Source: Labilibaculum antarcticum
Lineage (GTDB): Bacteria > Bacteroidota > Bacteroidia > Bacteroidales > Marinifilaceae
DNA length: 64,000 nucleotides
NCBI RefSeq assembly: GCF_002356295.1
Contig: NZ_AP018042.1
Location: 960,361 to 1,024,360, forward strand
Reading direction: 5' to 3'
Of the stretch, positions 1-10,452 are shown piece by piece. Positions within the stretch are counted from its first letter, which is position 1. The number at the start of each line of letters is the position of its first letter. The notes under the pieces are model-generated. The model had not been told where the DNA came from, did not search any database, and was given only the letters and a program-made list of their open reading frames with translations. The position numbers and the translations under genes are program-made.

Positions 1-754
1 CAGGAAATTTCTTTGGATCAGGTGTCCATGAACCAAAACCAGAATTGATTGTTCCATCAGGAAAAGTTCCCCAACCATGATCTAAAGTCATTTTCCCTTT
101 TGGATAACCATATTCAATAATCTTATCCAAATAGTTGGCAATGAAATTATGATTTAGCAAGTTAAAATGTTCATGCCCCTTTGTAGACAAGAATTTCTGT
201 TCCACCCAAGTGCAATATTCAACATCAGCCCAAAAACGAGGATGATCTATCATTGGCTTGATATCCAATCGGCTCATCATTTCTGAATTGTACGCCTTCC
301 ATGCTTCATCACCTATTCCGCTCTCATCAATAAATAATTCCTGTCCTTGAGGAACAGTAATCGTTAAAGTCTCCACACCATCAAAGCTAAAAGTCGAATT
401 TTCAAAAGCGAAAGTTGTCATGAAACCTACAAATTTACCATTTGCATCCATGATAATCGGGGAACCAGACATACCACTGGCAGGTACCGTAAATGGGTTG
501 TGATTAAATGCATCATTTCTGTAATAGTGAGCTCCTCCTCCTTTTTCGGCAGGTGTAGATATACTGTAATAAGGACAAAACAAAGGCTTAGTTACTTTTA
601 GCACGACTTTTTCGGCGCCATTCACAACATTAAAATCAGTAGTCGATCCTTGTTTTATTGCCGATCCAGCAACCTGTGCCATAGAGCTTCCTGAGATTCC
701 TGCCAATGCAAATCCCATTCCCGCCTTTTTTATAAAATCTCTTCTATTACTCAT
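1..754 (-). CDS. Tat-signal secreted protein, probable glycoside hydrolase; C-terminal part lies outside the window (partial)
   Basis: Open minus-strand frame runs off the window start and is not in the ORF track because it has no stop. ATG at 754..752. N-terminus MSNRRDFIKKAGMGFALAGISGSSMA is a classic RRxFxK twin-arginine signal. Body has a DHGW-type motif reminiscent of DDGW-containing glycosidases. Co-oriented with the downstream CAZyme genes. Confidence 0.45.
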   Translation of the reverse strand, partial: MSNRRDFIKKAGMGFALAGISGSSMAQVAGSAIKQGSTTDFNVVNGAEKVVLKVTKPLFCPYYSISTPAEKGGGAHYYRNDAFNHNPFTVPASGMSGSPIIMDANGKFVGFMTTFAFENSTFSFDGVETLTITVPQGQELFIDESGIGDEAWKAYNSEMMSRLDIKPMIDHPRFWADVEYCTWVEQKFLSTKGHEHFNLLNHNFIANYLDKIIEYGYPKGKMTLDHGWGTFPDGTINSGFGSWTPDPKKFP

Positions 755-802
755 TTAAGTATCTATTTTTTTTTCAATTCTCAGTACCATATACTAGAGA
801 GA

Positions 803-3800
803 CTAATCCTCTTTCAATTGACTTCTTAGTTCCATGATCTCCTGCTCTTTGCCAACTTTTTCCAAACGAAGCAGTTTTATTTCTTTATGAAGTTCAATTA
901 TATCCATAGGCATGTCACTCCTGTCTTTTTGAATGATTACAGTTTGCTCTGAATTTGTTTTTATTGAAGCTTTTTGATATTCATTATTAAAAAGCATTTT
1001 CAAACCTGAAAGTTCAGACTCAATGGTCAGAGAATCTGATTTCAATCCATTTGAATAAGCTCTCAATTTTATCGATCCAGCTTTTGTTGTGGCACGAACT
1101 AAAACCGTAGCAATTCCCATTTCAGTTTTCACTGGATTTCCCATGTTGAATTTTCCACCAATAATTTCGGCAGGACCATCTACTTCAAAATAGACATATT
1201 CAGAGGCTAACACCTTTTTCATACCATCAGGATCAACAATTGTAGCACAAAAAGGAATAATATCAGAGCCATCAGCTATTAAATTCATTCCTTCATCAGC
1301 AATACTCAATTTTAAACCTGCTGATTGTTCTGGATAATTTTTCACATCCCTTACCACAACTTTGCCATTGATTAAGCCTTCTGCAATCATTTCAACCTCT
1401 TTTGTTTTTCTTCGCCAAGTACTTTTAATCACCTCAAAATCGAATACATTTTCGAAAACAAATGGGGGATGCGGCATATCTGCGTAAGCTTTTTCGCTTG
1501 AAGGTTTTTGAGTTGCCACCAATTCTCCTAACCAATACAAACGTATTTCATCACAATTGCTAAAAATAACAACATCTTTAGGTGAAACTTGAGTTAATTC
1601 ATTTGTATTAAACAGCATTGGCCCAGTTTCAATTCCATTCACCTTATAGTCCACATCATATTGACTTTTGTACACATAGTAAACATATTTAGGCAAACGA
1701 ATGCCGTTTAGTAATCCTCCCCAGAATGGATCTGTATGATAACCTCTCTGATGATCAATTCCTGCCCATTTGGCTCCACCAAGACGAACTTTAGGTGTAG
1801 GATATCTATCATTTAATTCTTTTGCTTGTCTTAATGCCTGAGTCAACATGGCTTTCTCTCCCCACTCCATTTTAACACGACTCATTGCATTTTGAGATTG
1901 CCAGTTATCAACCTCCCAACCATCACCATACTCACGATTAAATGAATTCACATTTTTATCATCTCCATGATAATACATATCCAATCCGCCTTTTTTAGCT
2001 TCTTGATGATCTGTAACTGTAAACATTCCTGGAAAAGGATATTCTTCGTGTGCAATTTGATGCATATTATGCATTGCATGATCAGGCTGGGATGGTGTTT
2101 CATTTAAGGCTGTCTCCCACATTAATATGGAAGCTACATTTCGATCTCTTCGCACCAACTCTCGGGTGTCATTATACAATCGTTCTTCAAAAATGGGGTT
2201 CTTAAAATTAAAGAAATGCCAACCAGGATTAGCCGTAGTTGTTAACATGCCCAATTCATCACAAGCATCATAAAAAGCAGGATCTTGTGGATAGTGTGCA
2301 GCCCGAATAATTCGACAGCCACCCTCACGAAGTAATTTAACATCTCGCCATTGGCCTGAATTCGGAAGAGCATTTCCGATGTAACTATAATCTTGATGAC
2401 GATTGGCACCAATTAATTTTTGATCGTAGAACTTCTTATTAATAAATAAACCTTCAGCACCTCTCATTTCGAACAAACGAATTCCAATACGAGTACGCAT
2501 CTGATCAACTATTTTTCCATTTATAATAATTTCGGTACGAACAAAGTGTAAATATGGATCATCAGGATGCCATAAATGTACATTTTCAGCTACGAACTTA
2601 TTTGACAATTGTTGCTTGGAACCAGCTTCCAATTTTACTTTTTGCGAAACTTCCTTTATAGATTGCAACTCTTCATTCTCTAATATAATCTTTACCGTTG
2701 CATCAACAGCTTTTTTACTTTTGTTCGAAAGCTCTGTTCTCACCTCCATTTTAGCATCTTTCCCATTCACATCCATAGTAGCAACAAAAGCTCCAGCACC
2801 AGCTACTGTTTTGCTCAATTCGGGAAAGGTAAAATGCACCGAAGAAGTTTGTATTAAATAAGTATCTCGATAAATCCCACCGAAATAAGCAAAATCAAGT
2901 CCACTTTGATTCTTACCCGGTAAATAAGTCTTATCGTCACTATTGTCAGCTAAAACAGCTATAATATTACTTTCTCCTTTCGGGTTAATCACATCAGTTA
3001 TATCAACTGCGATTGGTAAGTAACCTCCAAAATGCTCAGCCAACAAGTTGCCATTCACCCAAATCTTACACTTGCCCATAATGGCTTCAAAATATAGAAA
3101 AGTTCTCCCTCCTTCATCTTGATTTTGAATCTCGAATTGCTTTCGGTACCATGCTTTACCTTGATAATTGCGACCTCCACTACCATTCTCTCCCAATATT
3201 TCCAATCCATGCGGTAAGTTTGCAGCTTCCCAATTGCGATCATCAAAACTCACACATTCTGCTCCGTCAACATCTCCTTTATAGAATCGCCATCCTGGAT
3301 TAAAATTCCAAACGGATCGCGGACTATCATCAACAGCGTAAAATCCGGCAGTTGAAAACCTCTGCTTTGCTGTGTTTGTCTCATTTAAATTTAATAATGC
3401 CTGACCAAAAGCTCTTCCTAATCGAGATTGACCTTCCGTATTGTAATGTACATTATCCGAATGTTTGGGATAATCACTCCAACTTGTATCGGTTGATGTT
3501 TTAATGCATGAAACTTTCGGGTCAGCATCTGCCTCCTTTACCATTGCTTTTCTTACCATTTGCGGACCTTCGGGAAAACTCCCATAGGTGGAATTGATTT
3601 GTCCGAGTACAAATGGCATGTTGGGTAAGTTGAACTCTCTGCGGTATCCTTTTATCAGTTTTGCCAGACTTTCTTCATAAGAGCGGGCACTAACTTCTTT
3701 TGCTGCATCATTTTCACCCTGCATCCAGCACATGCCTATAATTTTATAATCTTTACCTGCATCTATTAGTATTTGCAAATTCTGCTTGATATGAGATTGA

Positions 3801-4270
3801 TGAAGTCTATAAAGTTTCAGATTCCGTTTAAATCCTTTGGCTTCTACCGCCATTGCTTTTTCGGCAGTCCATTCTGGATTCCAAGCACCATACAATGCAG
3901 TTCCTCCTTGAGTCGTTTTAACAAACAAGTATTCTTGTGTTGGATTTTCTTCAGCCAAAGTCAAGCCTAAAAACAACTCGGGGCCAAATACATTCCCAAA
4001 ACCACGTTTGTCTTTTTGATATTGTGAAAAAACAAAAGAAAGCGGTATTGGTATCTTTCCATCTACACTCAAACTTACTCTTTCTGCCACTTTTTCAATT
4101 CTATTCTTTGTGGCTTCCTCCAATTCGTCAAAATTACCAGCTCCTGCCATATTCGACTGACCTGCGAGTAAAACTACCCGAATGACTTTTTCAGAATTCG
4201 TCTTTGCACTTGCGGTGAAAATTGAAGTCGAGATTTGAAATACGATTAAAATCAGGCTGAGTAGTTTCAT
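803..4270 (-). CDS. Two-domain CAZyme: N-terminal SASA/SGNH sialate-O-acetylesterase-like domain fused to a GH2-family glycoside hydrolase (beta-galactosidase/beta-glucuronidase-like)
   Basis: 1155-aa ORF with a signal peptide. VVLLAGQSNMAGAG matches the GQSNM active-site block of 9-O-acetylesterases (SASA/DUF303). The downstream sugar-binding jelly-roll and TIM-barrel segments (WHPDDPYL, ANRHQDY, AAHYPQDPAFYDACDELG) are GH2-like. Confidence 0.75.
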   Translation of the reverse strand: MKLLSLILIVFQISTSIFTASAKTNSEKVIRVVLLAGQSNMAGAGNFDELEEATKNRIEKVAERVSLSVDGKIPIPLSFVFSQYQKDKRGFGNVFGPELFLGLTLAEENPTQEYLFVKTTQGGTALYGAWNPEWTAEKAMAVEAKGFKRNLKLYRLHQSHIKQNLQILIDAGKDYKIIGMCWMQGENDAAKEVSARSYEESLAKLIKGYRREFNLPNMPFVLGQINSTYGSFPEGPQMVRKAMVKEADADPKVSCIKTSTDTSWSDYPKHSDNVHYNTEGQSRLGRAFGQALLNLNETNTAKQRFSTAGFYAVDDSPRSVWNFNPGWRFYKGDVDGAECVSFDDRNWEAANLPHGLEILGENGSGGRNYQGKAWYRKQFEIQNQDEGGRTFLYFEAIMGKCKIWVNGNLLAEHFGGYLPIAVDITDVINPKGESNIIAVLADNSDDKTYLPGKNQSGLDFAYFGGIYRDTYLIQTSSVHFTFPELSKTVAGAGAFVATMDVNGKDAKMEVRTELSNKSKKAVDATVKIILENEELQSIKEVSQKVKLEAGSKQQLSNKFVAENVHLWHPDDPYLHFVRTEIIINGKIVDQMRTRIGIRLFEMRGAEGLFINKKFYDQKLIGANRHQDYSYIGNALPNSGQWRDVKLLREGGCRIIRAAHYPQDPAFYDACDELGMLTTTANPGWHFFNFKNPIFEERLYNDTRELVRRDRNVASILMWETALNETPSQPDHAMHNMHQIAHEEYPFPGMFTVTDHQEAKKGGLDMYYHGDDKNVNSFNREYGDGWEVDNWQSQNAMSRVKMEWGEKAMLTQALRQAKELNDRYPTPKVRLGGAKWAGIDHQRGYHTDPFWGGLLNGIRLPKYVYYVYKSQYDVDYKVNGIETGPMLFNTNELTQVSPKDVVIFSNCDEIRLYWLGELVATQKPSSEKAYADMPHPPFVFENVFDFEVIKSTWRRKTKEVEMIAEGLINGKVVVRDVKNYPEQSAGLKLSIADEGMNLIADGSDIIPFCATIVDPDGMKKVLASEYVYFEVDGPAEIIGGKFNMGNPVKTEMGIATVLVRATTKAGSIKLRAYSNGLKSDSLTIESELSGLKMLFNNEYQKASIKTNSEQTVIIQKDRSDMPMDIIELHKEIKLLRLEKVGKEQEIMELRSQLKED

Positions 4271-4353
4271 TACAATGTAGATTTTATATTTATTGGTGAG
4301 GATTCTCAGTTAAGCTAAACTGAATTTGTCGAACGGGAGCAAAATCGGTGTTT

Positions 4354-5295
4354 TTATAGTAAGTTGTGAAGTAGGTATAGAATGTCCCCTTGTTCTGAAT
4401 AAATCCGATAGGAGAACGAACTTCTTTCCATTTCCATTCCATTCTCAGAAATTAGTAAGCTGAAATTTTCATTGCCTCCAATCTCATCAATAAGAGCCAA
4501 ATATTGATCACCAACTTTAAAAACATGAGGCGATTCATATCTTATGGGTAAATTTAGGGGCTTATTGGGAACTACAGATTTCCATTGTCCGGTTAAACGA
4601 TCTGCTGTTGCCATTCCAATTCTCCAATTGGAACAAGGCTTATTTTCAGTATTCGCACTGCCATACAAGGCGTACCATTTATCTCCTATCTGATAAGGTG
4701 AAAACCCGGTAATTCCCTGTAAACCCTCCCACTTACTATGCTCAGATCTCTTAAATACAAGTTCCCCTTTGGCAAATGGTCCACTGATTCCATCAATTCC
4801 CTTCGTTTGAGATTTGGAACACATCACCGCGCCATCGTAACGAAGGTAAAAAGCATCAGTTCTTGATGGAGACGATTTGTATTGGATATAAAACAAACAC
4901 CAAAGCTGATCCTGTTTGGAATAAACCCATTTCGGATTGTAAATACATGAATTTGGTACTACACCAGTTGTATCGTATGCAAATTGCAGTAAAGTGCTTT
5001 TTCGTTCCCATTGCTCTCCATCTGCACTTTGCCAATATCCAAAACGGTTGTTAACAGTTGGTAAATCACTAAACCTCTCATTAATAATCATATGATAGGT
5101 ATCACCCAGCTTTTTCACATCGCCACTTTCAAAACCATATTTAATAGAGTCGCAATCCGGATGATTTTGACTAATTCCTGCATTCAGATTGAGTTCGGCT
5201 TGTATATTCACCAATGAAATATTTTTCGATTTTTGCCCACAAGAATTTAGACCGATGATAACCGAAAAAATGAAAACCTTTGTGAATAAATTCAT
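4354..5295 (-). CDS. Lipoprotein, beta-propeller glycoside-hydrolase-like (GH43/GH32-clan-like); 3' end probably frameshifted
   Basis: Lipoprotein signal (LNSCGQ). Beta-strand-rich W/Y-rich composition typical of 5-bladed propeller glycosidases. After about nt 4440 an alternative frame (WKWKEVRSPIGFIQNKGTFYTYFTTYYKNTDFAPVRQIQFS) looks more protein-like than the annotated tail, across a ttccatttccattccattc slippage-prone repeat. Confidence 0.4.
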   Translation of the reverse strand: MNLFTKVFIFSVIIGLNSCGQKSKNISLVNIQAELNLNAGISQNHPDCDSIKYGFESGDVKKLGDTYHMIINERFSDLPTVNNRFGYWQSADGEQWERKSTLLQFAYDTTGVVPNSCIYNPKWVYSKQDQLWCLFYIQYKSSPSRTDAFYLRYDGAVMCSKSQTKGIDGISGPFAKGELVFKRSEHSKWEGLQGITGFSPYQIGDKWYALYGSANTENKPCSNWRIGMATADRLTGQWKSVVPNKPLNLPIRYESPHVFKVGDQYLALIDEIGGNENFSLLISENGMEMERSSFSYRIYSEQGDILYLLHNLL

Positions 5296-5353
5296 GAGTT
5301 TGGAAGTTAACTAATGCAATTTTTACTAATGTTTTATTTTATAATACCGCGAT

Positions 5354-6742
5354 CTAAAAATGATCTGTTCTGAAAGAGGAAGCCGGCAAACCAGCTGTAT
5401 TAAACAGACAGCCGTTCAAATAACTCTTCCATCCATAACGGACTATTGTTGGCTCTTTAAGCTCATCATTCCAAACAATCAATTGGCCTTTTTTTATTTC
5501 TGCTTTCGCAGGATGAAAAACCTGATCGGCACCAGCAATTTCGAAATCTTCAAGTTCATTCTCCATACTACATACACCATCAGGAGCATAATCGAAAGAC
5601 ATGTAAGCTTTGGCATCCTTTATTTCCATTGATTTGTAGACAGGTCCGCAATATTGAATTCCCTTAAAGCCATAAGTTTTAGCCAAAGACCAGTATGCCA
5701 ATCGTTCCCCAACCTCTTTCTTTTTAGGTGGATGTATGCAATATTCCTGACCGATATCGAGTGTTACAGCCATTCCGGTATTGGGAACTGTAAGCATTGT
5801 TTTTAATTGAGATTCTCGTAATTCTACCCACTGTTCTCCTCCCCACTCCAGGGAAGATATTTGCACAAAATAAAAAGGGAAATCACCCAAATTCCATCGG
5901 TCTCTCCAACTTTTAATCATTGCGGGGAACAATTTGGTGTACTGTTCGGCATTGAATCTATTTCCTTCTCCCTGATACCAAATAACACCTTTCATTGTAA
6001 AAGGAATGAGTGGATTAATCATGCCATTGAACAAACCGGTTGGTGTTCTCTGCTGATAAGAAGACTCCTCGTTCATAACAGTCTCAAACTCTTTAAAATC
6101 AGCCGCGATAACATTTCTGGGTGTCCAGGCTTCGGCGGGAGTTCCCCCCCAACTGCTACAAATTAATCCTACAGGAACTTTCAATTGTTCTTGCAACATT
6201 TTCCCATAGAAATAAGCTACAGCACTCCATTCAGCAGAAGTTTCGGGTGTGGACAACTCCCATTTTCCATTGCAGGAATCCTGTGGCTTGGTACTTATAT
6301 TTCGTTCTACTTCAAAAAAACGAAGTTGAGAATTTGAGCTGTTCAAGATTTCCTGATTACTTCCATAAACAGGTTGTCCGATAAAACCTTTCAACGGCAT
6401 TTCCATATTTGATTGTCCTGAGCAAAGCCAAACCTCGCCAAGCAAAATATCACTTATTTGTATTTGCACAGAACCTTTAATATCTAATTTATAAGGACCT
6501 CCTGCATCATGAGTTGTAAGAAAAGTTTTCCACTTGCCTTCAGTATCGGCGTAAGCAGTGACTTGTTCTCCCCAGCTAGCATCAATACTAATTTTAGTAT
6601 TGGGCTTATCCTTTCCCCATATTGCAACTTCAGAATTTCGTTGCATCACCATATGATTACTAAACATAGATGATACATTTGTTTGAGCCTGTGAAAAAAA
6701 CACGCTCAAAACCAGAATACTAAATAAAAGTCCTTTTTTCAT
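5354..6742 (-). CDS. Sialate O-acetylesterase (SASA/DUF303 family carbohydrate esterase)
   Basis: 462 aa with a signal peptide and the LCSGQSNMEMP esterase block. The size matches single-domain sialate 9-O-acetylesterases. Confidence 0.75.
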   Translation of the reverse strand: MKKGLLFSILVLSVFFSQAQTNVSSMFSNHMVMQRNSEVAIWGKDKPNTKISIDASWGEQVTAYADTEGKWKTFLTTHDAGGPYKLDIKGSVQIQISDILLGEVWLCSGQSNMEMPLKGFIGQPVYGSNQEILNSSNSQLRFFEVERNISTKPQDSCNGKWELSTPETSAEWSAVAYFYGKMLQEQLKVPVGLICSSWGGTPAEAWTPRNVIAADFKEFETVMNEESSYQQRTPTGLFNGMINPLIPFTMKGVIWYQGEGNRFNAEQYTKLFPAMIKSWRDRWNLGDFPFYFVQISSLEWGGEQWVELRESQLKTMLTVPNTGMAVTLDIGQEYCIHPPKKKEVGERLAYWSLAKTYGFKGIQYCGPVYKSMEIKDAKAYMSFDYAPDGVCSMENELEDFEIAGADQVFHPAKAEIKKGQLIVWNDELKEPTIVRYGWKSYLNGCLFNTAGLPASSFRTDHF

Positions 6743-6744
6743 CC

Positions 6745-8328
6745 TTATTTCTCCTTTAGGTAAGTGTCAAAATCACTCTTGTTCACCCAATGAGTAGGAA
6801 TATCTTCGCCTTTCATATAACGGTTATAAAAATCTTTTACCGGACCAGAATATTCATATTCATCAAATATATCGCCATTGCCCAAAATACGTGGGTCGGC
6901 TTGCTCCTTTAACTCAGTCTCCATTTGAGTTTTCATGCTCAATACTAACTCTGCAAAATCTGTATCCTCAATTAGGTTTTTCATGCAGTAAGGATCCTTT
7001 TTAATATTGTACAGCTCATCGGAAACTCTTTTTCCGAAATTCATCTGCCAATATTCCATTTGCCCTTTCTTGCGACGAGTATCTAAAATGTATGATTTAG
7101 TAGGACTGCCATCACAGTTTAAATATCCAGTCTCAGGATTTCCTTGTGGCCATCTCTCCGTTTTAAAATTGTGTAGATAAAGAAAATCGCCTTTAAAGAT
7201 TCCTCTTACCGGATATCCTTCGTCATTCGGTCTTCCAACATCATGACGTTCTTTTCCAACAAGAATATGATCTCTGTCAGCACTTACTTTTCCATCTTTC
7301 TCAGAATAAAAGATATCCGTTAAGCTTTTTCCTGTAACAGGTTGCATTCCTGCACCTTTGGCCGTCAACCCTGCCAATTCCAGATAGGTAGGTGTAAAAT
7401 CATTAAAGTTCACAAAATCGCTAATAACACGCCCCGGTTTCTTAATTCCTTTTGGCCACATAATTGCCAAAGGCAAATGATTGGAATACTCATAAACTTG
7501 TCCCTTGATTCTTGGAAAAGGCATTCCATTATCAGCTGTTACGATCACTATTGTATTATCCAACTCTCCAATCTCCTCTAGCTTTTTCAACATTTTTTGC
7601 AAATGAGAATCGAAATGTTCAATTTCAAAAGCATAATCAAGCATATCCGTTCTAACGCTATCAACATCAGGCCAAAATGTAGGCACTTCATCAATTTCAG
7701 ACGTAATTTTACCACCCTTGGTAATTCCCGTCTTAAATTCATAACTCCGATGAGGTTCTTTGCTTCCGTACCAAAAACAAAAAGGTTCTCCCTTAGGTCG
7801 GGCTTCTAAAAAAGCTTCAAAATTTTTCGCATAATCGTTATCCGAGATTCCTGTGGTCGGAGGTGTTGCAGTATGAATATCGAATTTTGGACCCGCTAAC
7901 TCTCTGGGTTTTCCATTTATTGATCCAGGTTCTCCCGGAGCCCAACCTTTTGCTATACTTCCAACCCAATAACCATTTTCGCCCAAAGCTTCGGCATAGG
8001 TTTTAAATTTTGCCGGAAAATAAGGTGCATGATTCGCCGCTTCTTCCAATTGCCAACTATTTCGCCCGGTTAATATAATAGAACGGGAAGGTGCACATTT
8101 TGCATTTGGTGTGTAGGCATTTGAAAATAGCAGACCTCTTTCAGCAACTTTATCGAATGCCGGTGTTTTCACCCAGTCGCAACCATAGGCACCAAAAGTT
8201 TTCCATGATGCATCATCCGCAATAGCGAACAGAATATTCGGCCTTTTAACTTCCTCTTGTTTTGGTTGACAAGACGATACACTTGCCAATAAGGCAATAC
8301 CAGATACAAAAGTCAATAACTTATTCAT
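6745..8328 (-). CDS. Sulfatase (S1 family, formylglycine-dependent)
   Basis: 527 aa with a lipoprotein signal. The [12 protein letters not shown] formylglycine motif (C-x-P-x-R...TG) is present. Immediately downstream of the esterase gene (3-nt gap). Confidence 0.85.
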   Translation of the reverse strand: MNKLLTFVSGIALLASVSSCQPKQEEVKRPNILFAIADDASWKTFGAYGCDWVKTPAFDKVAERGLLFSNAYTPNAKCAPSRSIILTGRNSWQLEEAANHAPYFPAKFKTYAEALGENGYWVGSIAKGWAPGEPGSINGKPRELAGPKFDIHTATPPTTGISDNDYAKNFEAFLEARPKGEPFCFWYGSKEPHRSYEFKTGITKGGKITSEIDEVPTFWPDVDSVRTDMLDYAFEIEHFDSHLQKMLKKLEEIGELDNTIVIVTADNGMPFPRIKGQVYEYSNHLPLAIMWPKGIKKPGRVISDFVNFNDFTPTYLELAGLTAKGAGMQPVTGKSLTDIFYSEKDGKVSADRDHILVGKERHDVGRPNDEGYPVRGIFKGDFLYLHNFKTERWPQGNPETGYLNCDGSPTKSYILDTRRKKGQMEYWQMNFGKRVSDELYNIKKDPYCMKNLIEDTDFAELVLSMKTQMETELKEQADPRILGNGDIFDEYEYSGPVKDFYNRYMKGEDIPTHWVNKSDFDTYLKEK

Positions 8329-8359
8329 GATACTTTTCTTTTTATAGAAATGAACTCAA

Positions 8360-10201
8360 TTAAAATCCCATATTTTTCTCAACAATCAGACTTTTCTTAG
8401 TTGCTTCATCAGCAACAATAGCATTTTTCTGATCTCCTTTATAAACATTATCAATCACCTGAACATCACGACAATTGTCGAACTCAAAAAGTGGTGCCTT
8501 TGGATGGAGAGGTTTCGCATCATTCGTTTTTGTGATCTGATTTCCTTTAATAATCAAACCATCCACACGATCGGCCCAAACAATTCGATTATCGAAGTTT
8601 TTAATGGTATTATTTTCAAAACGAATGTTACGATCGTAATACTCATCCTGATTAAATTCAGCACCTAAACGCGGAGTGATATACATTACTGCGTGCTCAG
8701 AACCACTATATGCACAATATTCAAAATGATTGTTTCTAATTAAAACATCTTCTACCGCCCCCGATTCAAACCAATAGTAAGACTCCCCACGAAATAAAAT
8801 GGAAGACATCATTGACGAGAAATTATTATTCTCGATTACAATCTTTAAAGGCGTTTTTAATACAATATTTCTAGCACGATGATCGCGAATTTTACATCCA
8901 CGCATCGTAAATGTAGGATTCCATGTTTTATTTTCGAGTAGATCTCCTGGTGTCAAATTCCCAGGCAACTGATCTTTAAAAGTAAGCTCAATATATTGAT
9001 CATTAACAACAGAAACTGCAGTAACTGTATTCTCAGAAGCACGTTTTACACTTGGTTTATGTACAAACCAGATAACATCATCTTTTCCAGCAAATTCAAA
9101 TCCAAGCTGTTGTCCGTGTTTAAGACCAACTCTTACGGTATGAGAATCCATCACTTTATCAACCTGAACATAGGTCCCATGAACATTGGTCCCATCATCC
9201 AACATATTTTCAAATCGGCAATCTTCTATCAAAATGTCACCTTTGCAATTGCAAAAGTGAGTTGCATCAGCAATTGTAGTAACCACTCTGTTTGATCCTT
9301 CCCGTAAATAAATTCCACATTTGCTTATAACTGCATTTTCGGAGCGTTCAAACAGGAATCCCATGCCTAATGCAGAATGAACAACAATATTCTCAAATCG
9401 AGTATTTTTGGATGAGATAACTTGGAAAGCAGGAGCATATCGATTTTCTTCCTTGCCACCTTTTGAGTGTAAAATGGATCCAACTGGAGGATAATTCTTT
9501 AATTTCTCATGAAAACGCAGAATTCCACCATCCCTTTTCTCAATCCAACGAGGAGTACTAAACACATCAAACCCACCATGAACAACACGTTGTTCCTTAG
9601 CATCGAAAGCGAGAGTACTGCCCATTTCGCTGTAATTAAATCCATCAACATTTGGGAATTCAAGTCTTCCATTGTGCAATTCCCATGAAAAACCTTCTGT
9701 AAATGGTTTTACATCACGCCATTCTTCTTCCGGATTACATTCAATCACTTCTCCCTGAAAAGTGAAAGGAATATCCCAATCGATACTAAGATTCTTAACA
9801 CTTACATTTTCACATCCTTCGAACTGAAAAGGAAAAATTTGTCCGTGGAAAATAAATTCGGCTCCATTACCTTCTATCTCAACAGATTTAAAACCTTTCA
9901 TAGGAAAGATGATCCTCTTTAAACCATTTTCATGATTGGTAATAAAACAGTACTTCTCAAAAGCATAATCCGGTTTAAAATGATATATCCCTTTTTCAAA
10001 TACAATATTCACGTCCAAATCTGAAATATTTTCCAAAGCTTCCCGAAGTATTGGAGTCATATCCTTATCGGATTTTTTAATCTCAATTACTTCTTTTGCA
10101 TTCGCTCCAAACGAAACAAATAAGATCAATAACAATACTAATCTCCCAATCCTACTTCCTTTACTCATTTTACAATTATTCATTTTAACACCTCTTATCA
10201 T
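8360..10201 (-). CDS. Right-handed parallel beta-helix repeat protein (pectin-lyase fold), putative glycoside hydrolase (GH110/GH28-like)
   Basis: 613 aa with a signal peptide (the true start is probably an internal Met). Repeated short beta-helix rungs with NxV/IxN-type motifs. Sits in a CAZyme operon. Confidence 0.5.
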   Translation of the reverse strand: MIRGVKMNNCKMSKGSRIGRLVLLLILFVSFGANAKEVIEIKKSDKDMTPILREALENISDLDVNIVFEKGIYHFKPDYAFEKYCFITNHENGLKRIIFPMKGFKSVEIEGNGAEFIFHGQIFPFQFEGCENVSVKNLSIDWDIPFTFQGEVIECNPEEEWRDVKPFTEGFSWELHNGRLEFPNVDGFNYSEMGSTLAFDAKEQRVVHGGFDVFSTPRWIEKRDGGILRFHEKLKNYPPVGSILHSKGGKEENRYAPAFQVISSKNTRFENIVVHSALGMGFLFERSENAVISKCGIYLREGSNRVVTTIADATHFCNCKGDILIEDCRFENMLDDGTNVHGTYVQVDKVMDSHTVRVGLKHGQQLGFEFAGKDDVIWFVHKPSVKRASENTVTAVSVVNDQYIELTFKDQLPGNLTPGDLLENKTWNPTFTMRGCKIRDHRARNIVLKTPLKIVIENNNFSSMMSSILFRGESYYWFESGAVEDVLIRNNHFEYCAYSGSEHAVMYITPRLGAEFNQDEYYDRNIRFENNTIKNFDNRIVWADRVDGLIIKGNQITKTNDAKPLHPKAPLFEFDNCRDVQVIDNVYKGDQKNAIVADEATKKSLIVEKNMGF

Positions 10202-10452
10202 CTATCAACAAAAACTTAAAAATAGTAAGCCTAATTTGTCCTTTGAAATCGTTCCCATTCATTTCATTAAACGAAAACTGAAAACAATATTCTGATATCA
10301 ATACTTTAATATCCTGAAATCAAAGTACCTGATTAATCCTCTTACTTATGTAGTTGAGGATTTATTTAGTGTGTCTGAACGTAAATAATAATACTAATTG
10401 AATAGATGTAAAACCGAGCAAGGCTAACTGATATACTTCTGATTAATAGATA

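Noticed and set aside
2616-2861. Numerous 60-190 aa ORFs nested in or antisense to large genes (for example 2616..2861, 11012..11425, 29103..29300, 38856..39413, 43662..44228, 50199..50603, 53471..53905, 58596..58913, 63083..63343)
   Set aside because: All lie entirely within well-supported long genes on the other strand or in another frame. They have low-complexity composition, no recognisable motifs and no upstream signals, as expected by chance in AT-rich DNA.
10331-10363. Hairpin AATCCTC..GAGGATT downstream of the HTCS gene, considered as its terminator
   Set aside because: The T-tract follows the stem only in the plus direction, where no gene is being terminated. On the gene strand there is no U-run, so it is not called.
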